Source: Fimbriimonadales bacterium
GTDB taxonomy: Bacteria > Armatimonadota > Fimbriimonadia > Fimbriimonadales > JABRVX01
Direction: 5' to 3'
NCBI GenBank assembly: GCA_045862955.1
Contig: BTVI01000006.1
Coordinates: 37,703-101,702, forward strand
DNA length: 64,000 nucleotides
The notes below the pieces were generated by a model. It was given only the letters and a program-made list of their open reading frames with translations, was not told the origin of the DNA and ran no database searches. Shown here one piece after another: positions 20,280 to 29,970 of this stretch (position 1 is the first letter of the stretch; every line of letters begins with the position of its first letter). The position numbers were made by a program, and so were the translations under genes.

Positions 20280-21378
20280 CGGCTGCCCATCGCTGAATGA
20301 CCTGATTCGCTGGCTTGCAGGAGAGACCTCGGGGCGAGAAGCCGACACTATGCGTACCCACGTGCATTCGTGTGCGTATTGTCGGCGACTGCTCTCGAAC
20401 GCAGCACCTGCCGGGCTCATCGCTCAGGTTGCCGCGTCCGAGCACATCGACTCCATCACCCTGTCCGAGTATGCCGATGGAGCCCTCAGCGGTGCGAGGC
20501 GACAGCTAGTGAAGTCGCACCTCGATCAATGCCTCGAGTGCGACACCCGTCTAACTCGACTGCTCGAAGGCCGCTCCGTGCCTCGAACGGCTCCGGCTTC
20601 GAACGTCGGCTGGCATCGCAATGCACCGACTGCTAGGATTCTCGTATGGTGGAGAGACTCCGCAGCAGTACTCGCTGTCGCCCTTGCCGTGGTAGGAGTA
20701 TGGTGGTTTCTGAATCGAGGCTATCTGCTGGGCACAGATGGAGTTGTCGCAGTCCACCTACCGCTCGAGCTACTACGCGAGCTGCCCGCTGACAAGAGAG
20801 CAGTGATGGGTCAGTTGTGTGGAGATCTCGCTCGCACGACACCCGTCGTAGGGTCGAGTCAGGACGTCCGATACCGTGGCGCCGACCCCAATCCTGCACC
20901 GCCTCGGATCCAGATCATCTATCCCCTGCCTGGAGACAAGCTACCTACGCTCGACTTGATAGTACTCGTCCGGACCCCAGGTGATTCGGCTGCTACGGTA
21001 GAGGCAGTCGAGAAGGCAACCGGGGCAACAGTGGGTCGTTGGACCGTTCCTTCTGGCCAACCTACCCGTCTGCCTGAGAAGTTGGCCTACGGGCACACAT
21101 ACTCCATCGTCGCACACGTGGTAAACGACCCGTCGTTGCGTTCGGAGGATCGGCTCTTCAGTACCGCAACCGAATCACTGGCTGAACACGTTCAGCGTCT
21201 CTCCGAGCGATGCCACGGTGACATCCTACTTCTGGGAGCACTCTACGAGACGTATGGTATGTATGGTGCCGCGGATCGCTACTATGCCGCTGCCGCCGAT
21301 GTGTCGGATGCTAACACCCGAGGCACGGACGTATACCAGGCCTGGCGACTTCGCTCGGGATTGGAGGGGTCGCGCTGA
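20272..21378 (+). CDS. membrane anti-sigma factor with two zf-HC2 zinc fingers
   Basis: HVHSCAYC and HLDQCLEC (HxxxCxxC twice); TM helix AVLAVALAVVGVWWFL; extracytoplasmic C-terminal domain. Confidence 0.8.
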   Translation: MSNGCPSLNDLIRWLAGETSGREADTMRTHVHSCAYCRRLLSNAAPAGLIAQVAASEHIDSITLSEYADGALSGARRQLVKSHLDQCLECDTRLTRLLEGRSVPRTAPASNVGWHRNAPTARILVWWRDSAAVLAVALAVVGVWWFLNRGYLLGTDGVVAVHLPLELLRELPADKRAVMGQLCGDLARTTPVVGSSQDVRYRGADPNPAPPRIQIIYPLPGDKLPTLDLIVLVRTPGDSAATVEAVEKATGATVGRWTVPSGQPTRLPEKLAYGHTYSIVAHVVNDPSLRSEDRLFSTATESLAEHVQRLSERCHGDILLLGALYETYGMYGAADRYYAAAADVSDANTRGTDVYQAWRLRSGLEGSR

Positions 21379-21392
21379 GGGGCGGTGATGCG

Positions 21393-24131
21393 ATGCTCCG
21401 CAAGGCCTCAATCGTACTCGTGCTGTTGGTGGTAGGAAGTAGCATCACGGCGCCGGAGCAGCAACGGTCGAAGGAGACTGTTTCAACGGATCGGCTCGTG
21501 GCCCATGCTCGCACGCTGATCGCGCACGAGTCGGGCGAACCTGCGCCCTATCTGCTGCAGGCGCTCCAGACCCGCTCGGCACGAGGTGACCTCGAGGGTG
21601 TGGACGAGGTGCTTCGCTTGCTCGCCGACCACGCACGTGACGCGGGCGATGCCTGCCAGTGGGGCGAGCGGATTGTCCAGCTGGACCGGCAACGGGGGGT
21701 GGCAGACATCGTCCTGGCTCGCGACTTATTGGACCTCGCCAGGCAGTATCGATACGCTGGCAGACGGGCGGATGCTGCAGAGTGTCTCGACAATGCCGAG
21801 CGGATAGCTCGCAGTCGAGGAGACCTCGGCCTCTCGGCCGGCATTCTCGCGCAGCGCGCAAACATAGCTGGCGACGAAGGCAGGTTCATGGACGCCGGCA
21901 TCCTGCTCGAGGCCGCCCTAGAACTCTTCGAGCAGGCAGGAACGCCGACACGCGAGCATGCCGAAGTCCTGGCCGAGCTTGGGCAGTTGCAGGCGGACTC
22001 GGGACAGCTGCTCGAGGCATGGCAATCGTTCAGTCGCGCCGAGCAGATAAGTTCTCAGTGCTTGCCCGCCTGCAAGCAGTTCTGGCAGTGGAAGAAGGTC
22101 AATGACGCCGCCCTGTTAGCAAGCGTGGGCAGGGCGCAGATCCTTGCTGCCTTTGGACGGTTCGAGGACGCCATCCAAGAGGCCAAGTACGCTCGGGTCC
22201 TCGCACTTCGGTCGAGCCTGGGTGATCGAAGGTACATGATCTCGGCGGAGATGGCTGAGTGGGCGGCAAGAATCGGGAGGCCCGACCTGGCAGAGAGGTG
22301 GTACGAACTGGCGCTGCGCGTCGGCGATCCCCACGCCAAGAATCGCGTTCGCTTAGCATACGCAGGCTACCTCATAGAAACCGGTAGGGAGTCCGAAGCC
22401 CGCTTGCTGCTAGGTGAAATCCCATCTGACACCACGCCAAAGCAGCGTGTCGAGAGCTTGCTGCTCATGGGTCGAGCGGATCTCCTGCGAGGCGAAAGTC
22501 GGGCTGCAGCTGACCGGTTTCGAAACGCGGCGCGCCTTGCACGACAATTGGCGCCCGTACCAGCACTTCTGTGGCAAGCGCATTCGGGGCTCGGTGAGGC
22601 GCTCCTAAGTGATGGTAGGACCAACGAGGGCATACTAGAACTACAGGCCGCAGTGCAGGTGGTGCGCGACTGGGCAGGGGGTGTTCTCGATCCGGCGCTC
22701 GCTTACCAGGATGGACCGAAGTCCCCCTGGCACGCCTATGGTCTGTTGATAGCTACCCACGTGCGGCAGAATCGCACTCTGCAAGCCCTCGGCCTGTCCG
22801 AGGAGATGAAGGCAATCGCAACGATTGCTGACCGCGCCGAGGAGGGTGTGCAAGAGCCGGTAGCCGAGCATCTCAGTGGCCGGGTGTCTGACATCCGAAT
22901 TGCCATTGCCAGCGCAAGACGTGCGCTGCACGAGAACACGCTGCGGGACCCAATTGCCCGTTCTCGTGCCACCGCTGAGCTGCAGCTCTTGGACAACGAA
23001 CTCCTCCGCCTGATTGCGCAGCATAACCGTCCACTCCCGAGCAGTGATAGGTCCGAGGCGCTAGTTAGTGCGGCGCGAAAGATCGCGCAGGACCGAGCCT
23101 GTGCGTTCGTAAGTTTCTCCTTGAGCGCGAACCACGGGATCGCCTTCGTGATCACTGGGCACGGCCTCGAGACGAAGCAACTGAACCTATCGCAAGACCA
23201 GCTCCGCTCACTCGTGGGCCTCATGCGTATCTACCGAGAGTCACCGGACCACGCATGGAAATCCGATGCGGCTCCTCGTCTTCTTCGCGATCTGCGTACC
23301 GCCCTGATCGGGCCCATCGAGCCCGAACTGCGAGGTGTCAAGAGGCTAGTCATCATCCCCGACGGCGTGCTTTGGACGCTGCCGTTCGAGATGCTCTGGC
23401 AGCGGGATGGCAATCGAGTGCAGTACCTCATCGAGGAGTACGCCATCTCCTACGCTCCCTCGGTCCGAGCGGCTGTAGAGTGGGCCTCGCGCGCTAGAAT
23501 GGCGCGCCGGGCAGCGCCGCGCGATGTCCGCGTGGTCGCGAACGGAGTAGCTAGCAACGAGTCGAGCCGCGAACTCAGTCCTCGCCGAGTGTCTGTCGCG
23601 GCGAACGATGCGGAGATCGTGCGTCGGGCACTGGGAAGCCGTGTGAGCGTATTCGAAGGCAGTGCAGCAACCAAGTCCGCCTTGATGAGAGCACTCGGAG
23701 AGGCGGACGTGTTACATGTAGCAGCTCACGCGACCTATGCGGAGGACTATCCGCCTGCCTCCTACATCTCGCTTGCGCAAGAGCTCGGAGCTTCGTCCTC
23801 GGGCCTTCTTCGAGGGTGGGAGATCTCCGAAGCGAGGTGTCGTGCGGGCTTGGTGTTTCTGGCAGCATGCGACACGGGTAGGACGTCCTCGCTCCGTGGA
23901 CGCGGCTTGCTGGGTCTGACCGGTGCCGTAATGGCGGCGGGCGCCAACGCTTGCATCGGGTCGCGGTGGGCAGATCGCGATGCCGCGACGGAATCGTATA
24001 TAGCCCAATTCTATCAGCGCTACGCAAAGAGCCGGGATGCTTCGGACGCGGCGCAGAAGGCAGCCTGCAACCTCATCGCGGCGGGGGCGCCACCGTACGA
24101 CTGGGCGGCATTCATGGTGCTGGGATGGTGA
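21393..24131 (+). CDS. TPR-CHAT (caspase-like) protease with signal peptide
   Basis: Hydrophobic N-terminus; TPR-like helices; CHAT motifs LVIIPDGVLWTLPFEML, YLIEEYAISYAPS, VLHVAAHA (His), FLAACDTG (Cys), PYDWAAFMVLG. Confidence 0.9.
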   Translation: MLRKASIVLVLLVVGSSITAPEQQRSKETVSTDRLVAHARTLIAHESGEPAPYLLQALQTRSARGDLEGVDEVLRLLADHARDAGDACQWGERIVQLDRQRGVADIVLARDLLDLARQYRYAGRRADAAECLDNAERIARSRGDLGLSAGILAQRANIAGDEGRFMDAGILLEAALELFEQAGTPTREHAEVLAELGQLQADSGQLLEAWQSFSRAEQISSQCLPACKQFWQWKKVNDAALLASVGRAQILAAFGRFEDAIQEAKYARVLALRSSLGDRRYMISAEMAEWAARIGRPDLAERWYELALRVGDPHAKNRVRLAYAGYLIETGRESEARLLLGEIPSDTTPKQRVESLLLMGRADLLRGESRAAADRFRNAARLARQLAPVPALLWQAHSGLGEALLSDGRTNEGILELQAAVQVVRDWAGGVLDPALAYQDGPKSPWHAYGLLIATHVRQNRTLQALGLSEEMKAIATIADRAEEGVQEPVAEHLSGRVSDIRIAIASARRALHENTLRDPIARSRATAELQLLDNELLRLIAQHNRPLPSSDRSEALVSAARKIAQDRACAFVSFSLSANHGIAFVITGHGLETKQLNLSQDQLRSLVGLMRIYRESPDHAWKSDAAPRLLRDLRTALIGPIEPELRGVKRLVIIPDGVLWTLPFEMLWQRDGNRVQYLIEEYAISYAPSVRAAVEWASRARMARRAAPRDVRVVANGVASNESSRELSPRRVSVAANDAEIVRRALGSRVSVFEGSAATKSALMRALGEADVLHVAAHATYAEDYPPASYISLAQELGASSSGLLRGWEISEARCRAGLVFLAACDTGRTSSLRGRGLLGLTGAVMAAGANACIGSRWADRDAATESYIAQFYQRYAKSRDASDAAQKAACNLIAAGAPPYDWAAFMVLGW

Positions 24132-25288
24132 GCCGCACTGGTCCACTGCTACGATGCCTACTACTGGGGTGCCTGTTAGGATTGTTAGGTATCGTGGTCC
24201 TGGCGTGGCTCGAGCGCTCACGAGTAGCTGCCCCCAGGGAACGCATTGCCGAGATGGGTGGGAACACGCACTCCCCCCCGGTTCCTCCCCTACGATTCGC
24301 TACCAGGCATCACACCTTTGTCGAGGTCTTGGCTGGTGAGGACGTGCGTCCCTGCGGTCTGGTGCCTATTATTGGTCAGGCGTCCGCGATAGCACTCGAT
24401 TCCGACGGCGGCAGGCTAATCGCGACGCTAGATGACCAGCATACGATAGTAGCATTCGATACGCAGACGCTGATGCCGATAACCACCTGGTGTCTCGACG
24501 GGAGAGGGCTTCCCTGCTCCGACCTGGTCTACTGCGCGACCCGAAAGGCGCTGCTCGCCTCCGACCCCGGCACCACCGCACTCGTGCCTCTGCCCGACCA
24601 AGGCGGTCTAGTGAAGGCCGTGCACCTGCCCGAGGTACCCGAGCGGTGGCCTGCCGTCACGGACGCTACAGGGTCGCGAATCTTTCGGTCGGTTGTTCCG
24701 AACGGAACGTTGCAGGAAGCCGTCGAGGCCTATGAGCCGAAGAGTGCAACGCCTTCGGGTGTTGTGGCGCAAGTCGGCGGGCGGCCCGGCTGCGATGGCG
24801 ACCTCCTGTACCTAGCACACCCGCGTCGGCACGAGGTGTCGCTAATCGCACTGCGGACCGGACGTGTGCTCGCCCGCCGCAGCTTCAGCCAGGGCGAGCG
24901 GCCGTGGCACGAGTTCCCTGCTAACGTGCTTGCCGACCCCGTCGCTGAACGCGTCTACCTGCCGATGCAGGATCACTCCGATGCCATCCTAGCTCTAGAC
25001 GGGAAGACATTGAAGACGGTGTGGTCGGCCGAGGTCGGGCGACGGCCCACGCGCATCGCCCTCGACTCCGTTCGCCGCAGGCTGTACGTGACGCACCTCT
25101 TCGACTACCGTCTGTTCGTGCTGGACGCCGATACGGGCAGGGTCGTGTCGGTGCTGGAATACGACGACCTTCCACTCACCGTCCTGCCCGACCCTCGCAC
25201 CGGCCGGGTGTTCGTCCAGTTCGCCGGGATGATCTCGGTTCTAGAGGAAGCCACGTCGGCCACAGTTAGCCAGAGCACACGCCGCTAG
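24125..25288 (+). CDS. membrane-anchored YncE/YVTN-like beta-propeller protein
   Basis: N-terminal TM; blades LADPVAERVYL, VGRRPTRIALDSVRRRLYVT, LPDPRTGRVFV; start overlaps the CHAT stop. Confidence 0.7.
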   Translation: MVSRTGPLLRCLLLGCLLGLLGIVVLAWLERSRVAAPRERIAEMGGNTHSPPVPPLRFATRHHTFVEVLAGEDVRPCGLVPIIGQASAIALDSDGGRLIATLDDQHTIVAFDTQTLMPITTWCLDGRGLPCSDLVYCATRKALLASDPGTTALVPLPDQGGLVKAVHLPEVPERWPAVTDATGSRIFRSVVPNGTLQEAVEAYEPKSATPSGVVAQVGGRPGCDGDLLYLAHPRRHEVSLIALRTGRVLARRSFSQGERPWHEFPANVLADPVAERVYLPMQDHSDAILALDGKTLKTVWSAEVGRRPTRIALDSVRRRLYVTHLFDYRLFVLDADTGRVVSVLEYDDLPLTVLPDPRTGRVFVQFAGMISVLEEATSATVSQSTRR

Positions 25289-25420
25289 GGGACGCCAGTG
25301 CCGTATCGCGGCATCAGAGTATCATTTGCTTTTGCAGCGGCGGCAATGGTCTAGAAAGGCGCCACTCGGGATCGCTGCAGGCTTTGCGGGCAGGTGGAAC
25401 GACAGGGAGAGCGGAGGGAC

Positions 25421-27121
25421 ATGGAAGAGAGCATCCGAGGGACGAGGGGAGAAGCAGGAACCGACTTCATCCGGGAGGCCATTCGGCAGGACCTGAAGGA
25501 AGGGCGGTTCGACCGCGTGCATACGCGCTTCCCGCCCGAGCCCAACGCATACCTACACATAGGCCATGCCAAGGCCGTCTGGATTGACTATGGCATCGCG
25601 CTGGAGTTCGGCGGCCTGTTCAACCTGCGGTTCGACGACACGAACCCGGTGAAGGAAGAACAGGAGTTCGTGGACGCCATCATCGAGGACGTCCGCTGGC
25701 TGGGCGCGGACTGGGGCGACAGGCTCTTCTTCGCCTCGGACTACTTCGATCAAATGTATGTTTGGGCCTTAGACTTGATCAAAATGGGCAAGGCGTACGT
25801 ATGCGACCTTTCGCCCGAGGAGGTGAGCGCGACCCGCGGCACACTCACGACACCCGGCACGGAGAGCCCCTACCGCAACCGGAGCGTGGAGGAGAACCTG
25901 GACCTCTTCCAGCGCATGAAGGCCGGCGAGTTCCCGAACGGTGCAAGAACCCTGCGCGCTAAGATTGACATGGCCCACCCTAACCTGCTGATGCGAGACC
26001 CGGTGATGTACCGCATCCTGCACGCGGAGCACCATCGGCAGGGCAACAAGTGGTGTATCTATCCGATGTACGACTGGGCGCACGGGTTGGAGGACTCGAT
26101 CGAGGGCATCACGCACTCCCTCTGCTCGCTGGAGTATGAGATTCACCGCCCTCTGTACGACTGGTTCCTGGACCAGCTCGGCATCTATCACCCGCGGCAG
26201 ATAGAGTTCGCGCGCTTGAACCTCAGCTACACGGTGATGAGCAAGCGCCGTTTCATCGAGCTGGTGAACGGCGGCTACGTGAGCGGTTATGACGACCCGC
26301 GGCTGCCAACCCTGGCCGGGCTGCGGCGCCGCGGCTACACTCCCGAGGCAATCCGCGAGTTTTGCCGTCGCATCGGGGTGGCCAAGACCGACAGCGTGGT
26401 GGACGTGGCAGTGTTGGAGGACTGCATTCGCGAAGACCTGAACAAGCATGCGCCGCGCGTGATGGCAGTGTTGAAGCCGCTGAAGGTGGTGCTGACCAAC
26501 TACCCCCAAGGGCAGACGGAAGAGCTAGACGTAGTGAACAACCCAGAGGACCCCGCGGCGGGTACGCGCAAGGTGCCGTTTGGACGCGTGCTCTTTATCG
26601 AGCAGGACGACTTTCGGGAAGTCCCACCCCCCAAGTTCTACCGCCTTGCACCGGGACGAGAGGTGCGGCTACGCAACGCCTATCTGATAACCTGTGTGGA
26701 TGTGGTGAAGGATGCCGAAGGGAACGTGGCGGAACTGCATTGCACCTACGATCCGGCCACGCGGGGTGGTGATGCACCCGATGGGCGAAAGGTCAAGGCG
26801 ACGCTGCACTGGGTCTCGGCCGAACACGCTGTCGAGGCAGAGGTGCGCTTGTACGATCACCTATTCCGCAAGCCGAATCCCGACGACGTGGAAGAGGGGC
26901 AGACCTACTTAGACAATCTCAACCCCGACTCGCTGACAGTGACTAGCTGCCTCATCGAGCCCAGCGTGGTAGGTGCTGCCGTGGGGTCTCGCTATCAGTT
27001 CGAGCGCGTCGGCTATTTTTGTGTGGACCGAGACTCCACACCCGAGCGTCTCGTCTTCAACCGCACTGCCACCCTACGGGACACCTGGGCGAAGATCGAG
27101 AAGGCCACCTTGGGGAGATAG
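25421..27121 (+). CDS. glnS: glutamine--tRNA ligase
   Basis: [49 protein letters not shown]. Confidence 0.97.
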   Translation: MEESIRGTRGEAGTDFIREAIRQDLKEGRFDRVHTRFPPEPNAYLHIGHAKAVWIDYGIALEFGGLFNLRFDDTNPVKEEQEFVDAIIEDVRWLGADWGDRLFFASDYFDQMYVWALDLIKMGKAYVCDLSPEEVSATRGTLTTPGTESPYRNRSVEENLDLFQRMKAGEFPNGARTLRAKIDMAHPNLLMRDPVMYRILHAEHHRQGNKWCIYPMYDWAHGLEDSIEGITHSLCSLEYEIHRPLYDWFLDQLGIYHPRQIEFARLNLSYTVMSKRRFIELVNGGYVSGYDDPRLPTLAGLRRRGYTPEAIREFCRRIGVAKTDSVVDVAVLEDCIREDLNKHAPRVMAVLKPLKVVLTNYPQGQTEELDVVNNPEDPAAGTRKVPFGRVLFIEQDDFREVPPPKFYRLAPGREVRLRNAYLITCVDVVKDAEGNVAELHCTYDPATRGGDAPDGRKVKATLHWVSAEHAVEAEVRLYDHLFRKPNPDDVEEGQTYLDNLNPDSLTVTSCLIEPSVVGAAVGSRYQFERVGYFCVDRDSTPERLVFNRTATLRDTWAKIEKATLGR

Positions 27122-27213
27122 GGCTCCCCTGTCGTGTTCTCGACGCATAGTGATCTCATCGCGGGTGGCATACCCCCACGCCGTGGCTTGGACAGCCCGA
27201 GTGCGAAAGTTCT

Positions 27214-27317
27214 GTCATGCTGAGCCTGTCGAAGCATGCGCTACTGCGCCTCGACGTAGGATCTCGACCCGATGCTATGCGTAGTGCGATGTCATGCTTC
27301 GACAGGCTCAGCATGAC
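27214..27317. repeat. inverted pair of REP-like elements (family A)
   Basis: GTCATGCTGAGCCTGTCGAAGCATG at 27214-27238 and its reverse complement at 27293-27317; same core as the 59.5 kb array. Confidence 0.85.
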
Positions 27318-27350
27318 GTTCGGTGATCACGGTGAGGGAGAGACCCGCGG

Positions 27351-27680
27351 TCACATCGAGCGATCGCGATCATCCACCTTTAGGACCACAGCGCATAGGA
27401 GCAGAGCGATACCGGCCGTTGCATCCAACATGCGCCAAACTTCCTTCGTCAAGTGAACGGGCACGATCGGGTTGAATAGCAACGCAACGACACCTAACAC
27501 CCACACCGCCCATGCGACCGAAGCGCGCACCGCGACCCACGCGGCGACGGCGGCAGAGACTGATGTAACAACCCGCAGAACGGTGTAGTAGGCGTAGGGC
27601 CAGTCAGCTATCGCAATAAGGCACAGGACGCCGGCAACCACGCATGGCACGAAGTGCGGTCTCTCACGAAAATAGGTCAT
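27351..27680 (-). CDS. small membrane protein (DUF6804-like)
   Basis: PYAYYTVLRVV...LLFNPIVPVHLTKEVW motif; about 4 TM helices. Confidence 0.7.
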   Translation of the reverse strand: MTYFRERPHFVPCVVAGVLCLIAIADWPYAYYTVLRVVTSVSAAVAAWVAVRASVAWAVWVLGVVALLFNPIVPVHLTKEVWRMLDATAGIALLLCAVVLKVDDRDRSM

Positions 27681-27905
27681 TCTCAGCAGACCTCCTCGAT
27701 GTGCTTCCTAAGCGTCCCGTGCGTGCGACGATGATACTCGACGACGCGGCCGGCCCGAAGCCGATGCTTGTGTGGGCCGATGGCTCTACCGCTCGTTCCG
27801 GCGGCTTGCCCGTCCGCTGCACGGGGCCCGACGCCACGCGTCCCTTTCGCCAGCAAAGCCCGCCCTTGACCCGGACCCGCCCACGGTGCTAAGATGCATC
27901 GTCGC

Positions 27906-27981
27906 TGCCGGATAGCTCAACTGGCAGAGCGCCTGACTCTGGATCAGGAGGTTCTAGGTTCGAGCCCTAGTCCGGCAGCCA
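27906..27981 (+). tRNA. tRNA-Gln(CTG)
   Basis: Cloverleaf with TGCCGGA/TCCGGCA acceptor stem, CCTGA-CTCTGGA-TCAGG anticodon arm, GGTTCGAG T-loop and CCA end. Upstream TTGACC...TAAGAT promoter. Confidence 0.96.
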
Positions 27982-28254
27982 CCTCTTTCTCCAGTCTGAT
28001 GCCGGTCAGGCGGTAGGCTCTCTGCGCTTCGGGTTCGCTCAGAACCCACCGGGTCCTTGCGGAAGCAATCCGAGGCCGTGGGGCAACGGCCGGAGGGCGC
28101 GGCAACCCCTGGCCCCGAGGTTCGGGCGACATCGCTGCAGAGCCCGAGCTGCCCGGCACCGAGAGCCGCTCGATCGAGGGCAGCTCGGAGCCTCTCGTTC
28201 CGGAGTACGCTGCGTCAGGGCCTCAGCCGCGGACGGATCGGGAACAATATCCGC

Positions 28255-29067
28255 ATGGAACAGCCGCGCCTTCGAGAAAGGCTCTGGTTGTGGGGTCACC
28301 AGGAGGGCAGCCACAATGGCACTGCGTGGGGGCTCCCCGGCGACTCCCGCATTACCCCCGAGCAGGCATGCGCGTACATGGGTGTGCCAAATCTGATCAT
28401 GGTAGTGTATGGTGGTTACCCCACGCCACCCTTCGAGCCGGTCGCGAAGAGGCATGATCACCTAGACAAGGTCGTGTGGTCCATCGTTGGCGATGCGGGC
28501 AGCACCCGCAACGATACGAACACCGATCTGGACGAGGTCGTAAGCCTGACTGAGACACACCCCAACGTGGTCGGAGCGATCATAGACGACCTGTTCTTCG
28601 ATCCCAAGCCGGATGGCAGCTTCGCACGATTTAGCGCCGACGATCTCGCGCGATTCCGAAAGAGCCTGCAAGGCGCACGGAGACCTCTCGATCTTTGGGT
28701 GGTAGTGTATCGTCAGAACCTAGACCAACCAATACTCCCCCACCTGGCGCATGCCGATGTCGCGACCTTCTGGACCTGGCGTGCAGAGGATCTAACAACC
28801 CTGGCCGAATCGTTCGCGCGGTTCGAGACGTCCGCGCCGGACATGCGCAAGGTGTTAGGGTGCTACATGTGGGACTACGGCACCAACACACCCATGTCGC
28901 TCGAGCACATGCAGCAGCAATGCGAGTTGGGGATAGAATGGCTTCGGTCCGGCCGAATCGAGGGCATGGTGTTTCTTGCCACATGCATCTGCGACCTGAA
29001 TCTAAAGGCCGTGGAGTGGACCAGGCGCTGGATCGCCCGAGTGGGCGATGATGTGCTACCCGCTTAG
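28255..29067 (+). CDS. hypothetical protein (possible TIM-barrel, glycosidase-like)
   Basis: Coherent ORF with LWLWGH, GAIIDDLF, GCYMWDY motifs; family not recognised with certainty. Confidence 0.7.
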   Translation: MEQPRLRERLWLWGHQEGSHNGTAWGLPGDSRITPEQACAYMGVPNLIMVVYGGYPTPPFEPVAKRHDHLDKVVWSIVGDAGSTRNDTNTDLDEVVSLTETHPNVVGAIIDDLFFDPKPDGSFARFSADDLARFRKSLQGARRPLDLWVVVYRQNLDQPILPHLAHADVATFWTWRAEDLTTLAESFARFETSAPDMRKVLGCYMWDYGTNTPMSLEHMQQQCELGIEWLRSGRIEGMVFLATCICDLNLKAVEWTRRWIARVGDDVLPA

Positions 29068-29106
29068 CGCCGTCAGGGGTATCCTCGCCCGAAGAGGAGG
29101 AGCAGC

Positions 29107-29568
29107 ATGGACGAGAAGAGCACAACACAGAGCACCGGAGCGGCACCGAAGTTGCGGCGCGCGCTGATTTGGGTGTTAGTGTGCCTGGTCGTCGCGGCGG
29201 GGCTGTACGTGGTCGGCTACGTGAACGGCCGCAGTCAGGTGGCCGGGCTGCGCACCCGACTGGATGCAGCCCAGGAGAGCCTGGCCAGGGCCACCGAGCA
29301 GCGAAACGTGGCGCTGGCTCGAGCGCTCCTGTACCAAGCAGCGACCGATTTGGAAGAGCGTAACTTCGGCAAGGCGCAGGACCGTATCTCCCAGGCTTCG
29401 GCCAGCCTTGCTGCGCTCCCTGCCGGAGGGGGCGAGGCAGGGGACGCGATTCGCGCGGTGCAGAAGCGCGTGGAAGAGACCCGCATCGATGTGAGCACCA
29501 ATGTGGAAGCGCAGCGCGCTGCCATCCTAGAGATGGCGAAGCGTCTCGATTCGCTGCAGCCTAGATAG
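29107..29568 (+). CDS. hypothetical single-TM coiled-coil protein
   Basis: GAGGAG RBS; TM helix followed by an alanine-rich helical region. Confidence 0.75.
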   Translation: MDEKSTTQSTGAAPKLRRALIWVLVCLVVAAGLYVVGYVNGRSQVAGLRTRLDAAQESLARATEQRNVALARALLYQAATDLEERNFGKAQDRISQASASLAALPAGGGEAGDAIRAVQKRVEETRIDVSTNVEAQRAAILEMAKRLDSLQPR

Positions 29569-29681
29569 CCCAGGTCCGGCTAACTGACGGCCTGCGCCGC
29601 AGGCACGTCCCTGGCGAAGGCGGAAGAGGGTTCGCGCGCTGCCGGCCGCCTTCGCTTCCGACGCGACGAGCAATCGGGCAA

Positions 29682-29718
29682 CCCTCACCCCGACCCTCTC
29701 CCTTGGGAAGGGAGAGGG
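29682..29718. repeat. REP-like palindrome (family B)
   Basis: CCCTCACCCCGACCCTCTCCCTTGGGAAGGGAGAGGG between convergent genes. Confidence 0.6.
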
Positions 29719-29729
29719 AGGGGCTATGT

Positions 29730-29960
29730 TCACTGGCCGCCCTTAGCTTGGCCGCCGCCGGGTGCGCCGGCGGTGCCCGGAATCGGCGATGGCGGTAGTG
29801 CACCCTCGCCGGGAGGCGGCATATCGGTCTCTTTGATCACCTCGTAGGTCCCGCTGCCGGGGCCGGCAGGTGATGCGTACTTCCACACGATCACGCCGGC
29901 CACGGCAACCACTACTATGATGATGAGCGCAACGATCTTCGGGTCGAGACCCTGTTTCAT
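29730..29960 (-). CDS. small single-TM Pro/Gly-rich partner of prepilin-like gene
   Basis: MKQGLDPKIVALIIIVVVAVAGVIVW, then a Pro/Gly-rich tail; 10 bp downstream of the prepilin-like gene. Confidence 0.8.
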   Translation of the reverse strand: MKQGLDPKIVALIIIVVVAVAGVIVWKYASPAGPGSGTYEVIKETDMPPPGEGALPPSPIPGTAGAPGGGQAKGGQ

Positions 29961-29970
29961 CCTTGCGCCT

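Noticed and set aside
19155..25288. Type III-E CRISPR Craspase locus
   Set aside because: There is no Cas7-11, array or Csx30/31-like gene in the window, and the CHAT protein appears to be exported.
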